Shown here piece by piece: positions 56,101-64,000 of a DNA stretch of 64,000 nucleotides (its first letter is position 1; the number at the start of each line of letters is the position of its first letter). The stretch lies in contig OZ024743.1 of NCBI GenBank assembly GCA_964016885.1, positions 204,848,001-204,912,000 of the forward strand, given 5' to 3'. Below the pieces are notes generated by a model. It did not search any database. It was not told where the DNA came from and was given only the letters and a program-made list of their open reading frames with translations. The DNA is from Eledone cirrhosa (taxonomy: Eukaryota). The translations under genes and the position numbers were made by a program.

Positions 56101-57022
56101 TTAGAACCCTTATTATAAATTCCATTAAAACCCATTAAGTATCCAATTGAAAAATCCATTAAGAGCTCATTAAAAATACTCCATTAAAAACCCAATTAAA
56201 AATCATTAAAACGCATTTAAACACCATAAAAACACAATTAAAACGCCATTAAAAAGACCATTAAAAACTCCATTAAAACATCCTTGAATCTATTAAAAAT
56301 TTCATTAAAAACGCAATCAAAAATTCCATTAAAAACCCATTTAAAAACTCATAAACAACACCATTGAAAACCCAATTAAAAACTCCATAAAAAACCCATT
56401 AAACACCATCGAAAATCACATTAAAATTCCATTAAAACACCATTAAAAAGCCATTAAAACCCAATTTTAAACGCAATTAAAAACTGAATTAAAACACTAT
56501 TAAAAACTCATAAAAAAGGCTCATAAATAATGGGGTTTTCAATTGTTTTTTATGAAATTTATAATATGGCTTTTAATGAACTTTTTAATGGGCTTTTAGT
56601 GGAGTTTTTAATGGATTTTTATGGAATTTTTAATGGCATTATTAATGGTTTTTAATTGGGCTTTTTGTGATGTTTTAATGGCGTTTTTATGACATTTTAT
56701 TGTGTTTTGTGGCGTTTTAATGGCGTTTTAATTGGTTTGTTATTGGGTTTTTAATAGAGTTTTATGAACTTTTAATATGGGGTTAATGGGTTTTGAATGT
56801 GTTTTCAATGGAACTTTTAATTGAGTTTTTAATGAAATTTCTAATGGGATGTGTAATTGAATTTTTAATTGGTTTTTAATGGGTTTAGTGGGTTTATAGT
56901 GGAGTTTTTAATGGTGTTTTAATGGTGCTTCGATTGAGTTTTTAATTGAGTTTTTAATTGAGTTTTTACTGAGTTTTTAATTGAGTTCTTTATTTATTTT
57001 ATTTTATTTATTTTTTATATTT

Positions 57023-57053
<31 letters not shown>

Positions 57054-58256
57054 TTTATTTTATTTTATTTTATTTTATTTTTTTTTATTTATTTTATTTT
57101 ATTTTATTTATATTTTTTATTTTTTTTTATTTTATTTTATTTTATTTTTTTTTATTTTATTTTATTTTATTTTATTTTATTTTATTTTATTTTATTTTAT
57201 TTTATTTTTTATTTTATTTTATTTTATTTTATTTTATTTTATTTTATTTTATTTTATTTTATTTTATTTTATTTTATTTTATTTTATTTTATTTTATTTT
57301 ATTTTATTGAGTTTTTAATTTAGTTTATAATTTAGTTTATAACTTAGTTTATAATTTAGTTTATTTCTCCCTCTTCTCCCCCTACTGTCCTCTACAGCCA
57401 GATCTGCCTTTCTTTACCCCTCCCAAGTCTCTTCCCTCTTCTCCCCCTACTGTCCTCTACAGCCTGATCTGCCTTTCTTTACCCCTCCCTAGTCTCTTCA
57501 TTATTCAGTTTTGTTTTTATCTTTCTAAAACATCCTAGTTTTAATGAAATTAAAAGGAAATAGCAATCGCTATAAGTGTGCAAGCCAGCATGTAACTTCA
57601 TGTGTGTGTGTTTTTAATGGAGATTTTAATTGAGTTTTAATGGAGTTTTAATTGAGTTTATAATGGAGATTTAAATGGAATTTTTAATTGAGTTTTAATG
57701 TAGTTTTAATGGTGTTTTATGCCGTTTTAATGGTATTTTAATGGGGTTTTTATTTGGTTTTTTATAAAGTTTTGGGTGCGCTTTTAATGGGGGTTTAATG
57801 GGTTTTCAGTGTAGTTTTTAATGACATTTTTAATGGTTTTCCAATGGAACCTTAGTGGTGTGTTAATGCAATTTTAATTGGTTTAATGGGCTTTTAATTG
57901 TGTTTTTAATGGTGTTTTAATTGGGTTTTTAATTGCGTTTTAATTGAGTTTTTATTTCGGTTTAAATTTGAGGTTTTAATGTCTTTTCGAGGGGGGGTTT
58001 AATGGGTGTTTTAATGGAGTTTTAATGGGGACTTTTAATGGAAACTTTAATTTTGTTTTAATTGGGTTTTTATGGGTTTCCAATGTGGTTTTTAATGGCG
58101 CTTTTATTGGCATTCTTAATGATGTTTTAATTGTGTTTTAATGGGGGGTTTGGTTGGGGTTTTAATGGAGTGTTTTATGAGCTTATAATGGGGTTTTTAA
58201 TGGGTTTTTCAAAATAGATTTTTAATTGAATTTTTAATGTGGTTTTTAATGGGATT

Positions 58257-58311
<55 letters not shown>

Positions 58312-58374
58312 GTGTGTGTGTATATATATATATATAGTGTGTATGTATATATATATATATATATAGTGTGTGCG

Positions 58375-58404
<30 letters not shown>

Positions 58405-58406
<2 letters not shown>

Positions 58407-58800
58407 ACACAAATATTAGCATATACATATTTTCTTAGTAATTTAGGATGTGTTTTTTATACATACATATGCATATTGCATCCATACATACACACATACA
58501 AGCATATACATACACATACACACACATATATATACACACACTGTATATATATACATACACACACACACATATATATATATACACCACATACTATATATAT
58601 ATATAGTGTGTGTGTGTATATATATATGTGTGTGTGTGTGTATGTATATATATATATACAGTGTGTGTATATATGTGTGTGTGTATGTCTATGTATATGC
58701 TTGTATGTGTGTATGTATGTATGTATGCAATATGCATATGTATGTATAAAAACACATCCTCAATGACTAAGAAATTATGTATATGCTAATATTTGTGTTA
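58405..58800. repeat. Foldback palindrome, copy 10 (396 bp)
   Basis: taacacaaatatt...aatatttgtgtta. Confidence 0.95.
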
Positions 58801-59001
58801 GTGTCTATATAAATGTATGTATGTAGTATATGCAAGTGTTCGTGCAAATTGAAAATAGATTTAATAATTTTAATAATATCTAGAACAATGTGATCTAAAA
58901 AAAATATTTTTTAAGATACGAATATATCGTTGTCAGCTTAATATGGCACTAACGCAAAATATAAATCCCAGTTTATATATAGTGTGTAACATGAAAGTTG
59001 A

Positions 59002-59041
<40 letters not shown>

Positions 59042-59167
59042 TTAATATATATATATATATATATTTAATATATATATATATATATATATTTAATATATAT
59101 ATATATATATATATATTTAATATATATATATATATATATTTAATATATATATATATATATATATATA

Positions 59168-59206
<39 letters not shown>

Positions 59207-59207
59207 A

Positions 59208-59245
<38 letters not shown>

Positions 59246-62200
59246 ATACACATATATATGTGTAAATATATATATACACATATATATGTGTAAATATATA
59301 TATACACATATATATATACACATATATATGTGTAAATATATATATATACATATATATGTATGTATATATATATATATATAAACACCATTAAAATTCCATT
59401 AAAAACCACATTAAAATCCATTAAAAATCCAAAAACAGTAAAAACTTAATTGTAAACGTAATCGAAAGCGCAAGTAAAACAACATTAAAACCATTTAACA
59501 CCCCATTAAAACCCACAAAAATACCACCAGAACCCATTAAAATCCCATAACCGCCATTAAAATTCCATTAAAAATATTATCAAAAACTTCATTTAAAACA
59601 CACTGGAAACCCATTAAACTTCATAATTCTCGTTAAAAAAATCCATTAAAAACTCAATCAAAAACCCAATTAAAAGGCCATAAAAGAAACATTAAAACAG
59701 CATTTAAAATACCATTAAAAACGCCATAAAAAACATTAAAATCCCATTAAAAATACATTAAAGGCCCATTAAAAATTCCACTAAAAACCTCATTGAAAAC
59801 CCCATTTAAAACCTAATTAGAAGCTCATAAAAACTCCCAAAACCCAATAAAAAAACCATTAAAACGTCATTAAAACGTCATAAAACGCTATTAAAACGTC
59901 ATTAAAAATGTCATTAAAAACTCCATTGATAACTCAATTAAAAACTGCATTTTACCCCCCTCCTCCCCCATTAAAAACACATTAAACACTCCATTAAAAT
60001 TACCATTAAAAACCAATTAAATACTCCATTAAACACTATATTAAAACCGCAATTATAAATTCTTTAAAAATCCAATTAAAAACCATATTATAAACTCCAT
60101 TAAAAATCCAATTAAAAACCCTACTGAAAATCCCATTATAAAATTACATAAAAAACCCATAATAATAGTCCTTTAAAAAACCAATTAAAAATCCTATTAA
60201 AACGCCATAAAAAACACCATTAAAACGTCATTAAAAATACAATTGAAAACACCATTAAAAACTACATTGCAAATTCCATTAAAAGACCCATTAAAAACTC
60301 CATTAAAAACACCACTAAAATGTCCATTAAAAAGCTCATAAAACCCATTAAAATACAATTAATAACCAATTAACACTCCATTAAAAACCATTACAACCGT
60401 CATTAAAATGCCATAAAATACCATTAAAACGACATTAAGAACGCCATTAAAATCGTCATTAAAAACCTCATTAAAAACTACATTAAAACTTCATTAAAAA
60501 CTCCATTAAAACCTACATTATAAACTCTATTAAACTCCATTAAAAACTCAATTAAATCCCCCATTAAACCCCCATTAAGCCCCATTAAAAGCCCCTGAAA
60601 ATGCAACTAAAAACCAATTTTAAGACCCCATTAAAACACAATTAAAAGTCCATTGGAAACCCCATTAAAATTCCATTAAAAATTCATTAAAAACTTAGTA
60701 AAAACTCGATTTTATACTCAATTAAAAAGGTAATTGAAAACTCAATTAGCACACCATTAAAAACTCATTAAAAAGCCCATAAAAACTCCATAAAAAATCT
60801 AATTGAAAAACATTAAAAATTCAGTTAAAAACCTGATTGAAAACCCCAATAAAAGTTCATTAAAAAAACTCCATTAAAAAATCAATCAAAACCCCATTAA
60901 AATAACATTGAAACTTATCGAAGCGTCATTAAGGATACCATTAAAAAACACCATTAAAACGGCATTGAAAACCCATTATAAAAAATTAAAGGGTCCGTAA
61001 AAAGCACCATTATAAATCCATTAAAAACCTAATTGAAAAACCCATTAAAACTCAATTTTTAAACTAGATTAAAAACGCAATTAATAACGCAATTAAAAGC
61101 TCAATGAAAAACCATTAAAAACACCATTAAAAACTCTAAAAAAAAAAGAGCACTAGCCATTAAAACTCCATTAAAACCCATTGAAACCTACTACCCCCAT
61201 TAAACCCCATTAAAATTGCATTAAACACATTACACATCCATTAAAGCCCATTAGAAGGACCATCAAATATTTAAATTTAAACTAAATCAGAAACTCGCTT
61301 AAAACACCATTAAAAACACATTAAAATGTCACTAATACCATTAACAACCACACCAAAAACTCCATTAATATACCATTAAAAACCGCATTGAAAACCCATA
61401 AAATCCCAAGTAAAGATCTTTTAAAAAACTACATTAAAAACCCAATTAAAAAACCCATTAAAACGCCATAAAAGTCATTAAAACATCATTTAAAGTACCA
61501 TTAAAAACGTCACTAGAAACCCAATTAAAAACACATTAAAAATTCCATTTGAAACCATATTAAAAATTTCATTAAATGCAATATTGAAAAACCCATTAAA
61601 AACACCAGTGAAAACTCATATAAATACTCAATTAAAAAACCAATTAAAAATCCTATTTAAACGTCACTAAAACACCATAAAAAACACAATTAAAACGTCA
61701 TTAAAACACCATTAAACTATCATTAAAAATTACATTGAAAACACCATTAAAATTCAATTAAAACCCCATTAAAAATCCATTAAAAAGATCATCATGAACG
61801 CACTTAAATACCATCAAAAACGCATTAAAAATTAAATTAAAAAGCAATTAATTTTTTTTATCAAACCCCCATTAAAATTCCATTAAACACTCCATTAAAA
61901 ACAACATTGAAAACCCCCATTAAAAGCTCATACAAAATTATATTAAAAACCCAATAAAAAACAATTACAACGCCATTAAAACATCATAAAAACTCATTAA
62001 AATGTCATTTAAAATGCCATTAAAACCCTCACGGGGGGAAACGCAATTAAAAACACCATTAGAAATTTCATTAAAAACTCCATTAAAAATCATATTTAAA
62101 GTCAATTAGAACCCTTATTATAAATTCCATTAAAACCCATTAAGTATCCAATTGAAAAATCCATTAAGAGCTCATTAAAAATACTCCATTAAAAACCCAA

Positions 62201-64000
62201 TTAAAAATCATTAAAACGCATTTAAACACCATAAAAACACAATTAAAACGCCATTAAAAAGACCATTAAAAACTCCATTAAAACATCCTTGAATCTATTA
62301 AAAATTTCATTAAAAACGCAATCAAAAATTCCATTAAAAACCCATTTAAAAACTCATAAACAACACCATTGAAAACCCAATTAAAAACTCCATAAAAAAC
62401 CCATCAAACACCATCGAAAATCCCATTAAAATTCCATTAAAACACCATTAAAAAGCCATTAAAACCCAATTTTAAACGCAATTAAAAACTGAATTAAAAC
62501 ACTATTAAAAACTCATAAAAAAGGCTCATAAATAATGGGGTTTTCAATTGTTTTTTATGAAATTTATAATATGGCTTTTAATGAACTTTTTAATGGGCTT
62601 TTAGTGGAGTTTTTAATGGATTTTTATGGAATTTTTAATGACATTATTAATGGTTTTTTAATTGGGCTTTTTGTGATGTTTTAATGGCGTTTTTATGACA
62701 TTTTATTGTGTTTTGTGGCGTTTTAATGGCGTTTTAATTGGTTTGTTATTGGGTTTTTAATAGAGTTTTATGAACTTTTAATATGGGGTTAATGGGTTTT
62801 GAATGTGTTTTCAATGGAACTTTTAATTGAGTTTTTAATGAAATTTCTAATGGGATGTGTAATTGAATTTTTAATTGGTTTTTAATGGGTTTAGTGGGTT
62901 TATAGTGGAGTTTTTAATGGTGTTTTAATGGTGCTTCGATTGAGTTTTTAATTGAGTTTTTAATTGAGTTTTTACTGAGTTTTTAATTGAGTTCTTATTT
63001 TATTTTATTTTATTTATTTTTTATATTTTATTTTTTTTTATTTTTTTTTATTTTATTTTTTTTTTATTTATTTTATTTTATTTTATTTTATTTTATTTTA
63101 TTTATTTTATTTTATTTTATTTATTTTATTTTATTTTATTTTATTTTATTTTATTTTATTTTATTTTATTTTATTTTATTTTTTATTTTATTTTATTTTA
63201 TTTTATTTTATTTTATTTTATTTTATTTTATTTTATTTTATTTTATTTTATTGAGTTTTTAATTTAGTTTATAATTTAGTTTATTTCTCCCTCTTCTCCC
63301 CCTACTGTCCTCTACAGCCAGATCTGCCTTTCTTTACCCCTCCCAAGTCTCTTCCCTCTTCTCCCCCTACTGTCCTCTACAGCCTGATCTGCCTTTCTTT
63401 ACCCCTCCCTAGTCTCTTCATTATTCAGTTTTGTTTTTATCTTTCTAAAACATCCTAGTTTTAATGAAATTAAAAGGAAATAGCAATCGCTATAAGTGTG
63501 CAAGCCAGCATGTAACTTCATGTGTGTGTGTTTTTAATGGAGTTTTTAATTGAGTTTTAATGGAGTTTTAATTGAGTTTATAATGGAGATTTAAATGGAA
63601 TTTTTAATTGAGTTTTAATGTAGTTTTAATGGTGTTTTATGCCGTTTTAATGGTATTTTAATGGGGTTTTTATTTGGTTTTTTATAAAGTTTTGGGTGCG
63701 CTTTTAATGGGGGTTTAATGGGTTTTCAGTGTAGTTTTTAATGACATTTTTAATGGTTTTCCAATGGAACCTTAGTGGTGTGTTAATGCAATTTTAATTG
63801 GTTTAATGGGCTTTTAATTGTGTTTTTAATGGTGTTTTAATTGAGTTTTTAATTGCGTTCTAATTGAGTTTTTATTTCGGTTTAAATTTGAGGTTTTAAT
63901 GTCTTTTCGAGGGGGGGGGTTTAATGGGTGTTTTAATGGAGTTTTAATGGGGACTTTTAATGGAAACTTTAATTTTGTTTTAATTGGGTTTTTATGGGTT

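Larger units (their letters stand above)
1..64000. repeat. Tandem macrosatellite array, ~6.06 kb monomer, ~10.5 head-to-tail copies
   Basis: The anchor 'ccctcttctccccctactgtcctctacagccagatc' recurs at 2731, 8873, 14917, 20877, 27261, 33064, 38956, 45031, 51215, 57369 and 63289. 'attaaaagtccattggaaa' recurs at 1, 6133, 12237, 18148, 24648, 42306, 48481, 54637 and 60641, and is deleted at two junctions. All copies share orientation and module order, and the array runs off both ends of the window. Confidence 0.99.

Noticed and set aside
3816-59421. YI/HT/CV-rich ORFs (MFFIHTYAYC..., MHPYIHTYKH..., MYIYIY...)
   Set aside because: These translate TA, CA and TG microsatellites, which lack stop codons in several frames on both strands. 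Their recurrence reflects the DNA repeat.
2336-63262. 'MSSYFILFY...' ORFs (2336, 14572, 26957, 38576, 44651, 50828, 56981, 62987)
   Set aside because: These translate (TTTTA)n and begin at TTG. Length and frame differ between copies, and they are missing from the track in three copies.
1-64000. rDNA, 5S, histone, snRNA or spliced-leader tandem gene cluster, suggested by the 6-kb period
   Set aside because: I recognise no rRNA, tRNA, histone or snRNA sequence in the monomer. An Rfam search of islands A and B would be needed to exclude a short divergent RNA.

Overview
The whole 64 kb is non-coding, extremely AT-rich DNA that looks eukaryotic; the organism cannot be identified from the sequence. 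It is a head-to-tail tandem array (macrosatellite) of about 10.5 highly similar monomers of roughly 6 kb. Anchor spacings measured at the CT-rich island are 6142, 6044, 5960, 6384, 5803, 5892, 6075, 6184, 6154 and 5920 bp. Each monomer has the same module order: (1) about 3.2 kb of degenerate 11-12 bp CCATTAAAA(A)nn satellite; (2) an abrupt strand flip to TTTTAATGG satellite (~460 bp); (3) a 12-mer array interrupted by (TTTTA)n; (4) a ~235 bp complex island with a 65-bp CT-rich duplication; (5) more TTTTAATGG satellite (~640 bp); (6) (TA)n; (7) a ~396 bp near-perfect palindrome; (8) ~200 bp of unique sequence; (9) [TTTAA(TA)n]m; (10) small 18-bp palindromes, then back to CCATTAAAA. I can support no protein-coding gene, rRNA, tRNA, CRISPR array or transposase, and all supplied ORFs are translations of simple or satellite repeats. 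The most interesting signals are the nested foldback design of the monomer with a long hairpin every 6 kb, the dense homeodomain-like TTAATGG/TTTATGG motif array with near-helical A-tract spacing, and a readable record of how the array evolved. Coordinates and identities were counted by eye.
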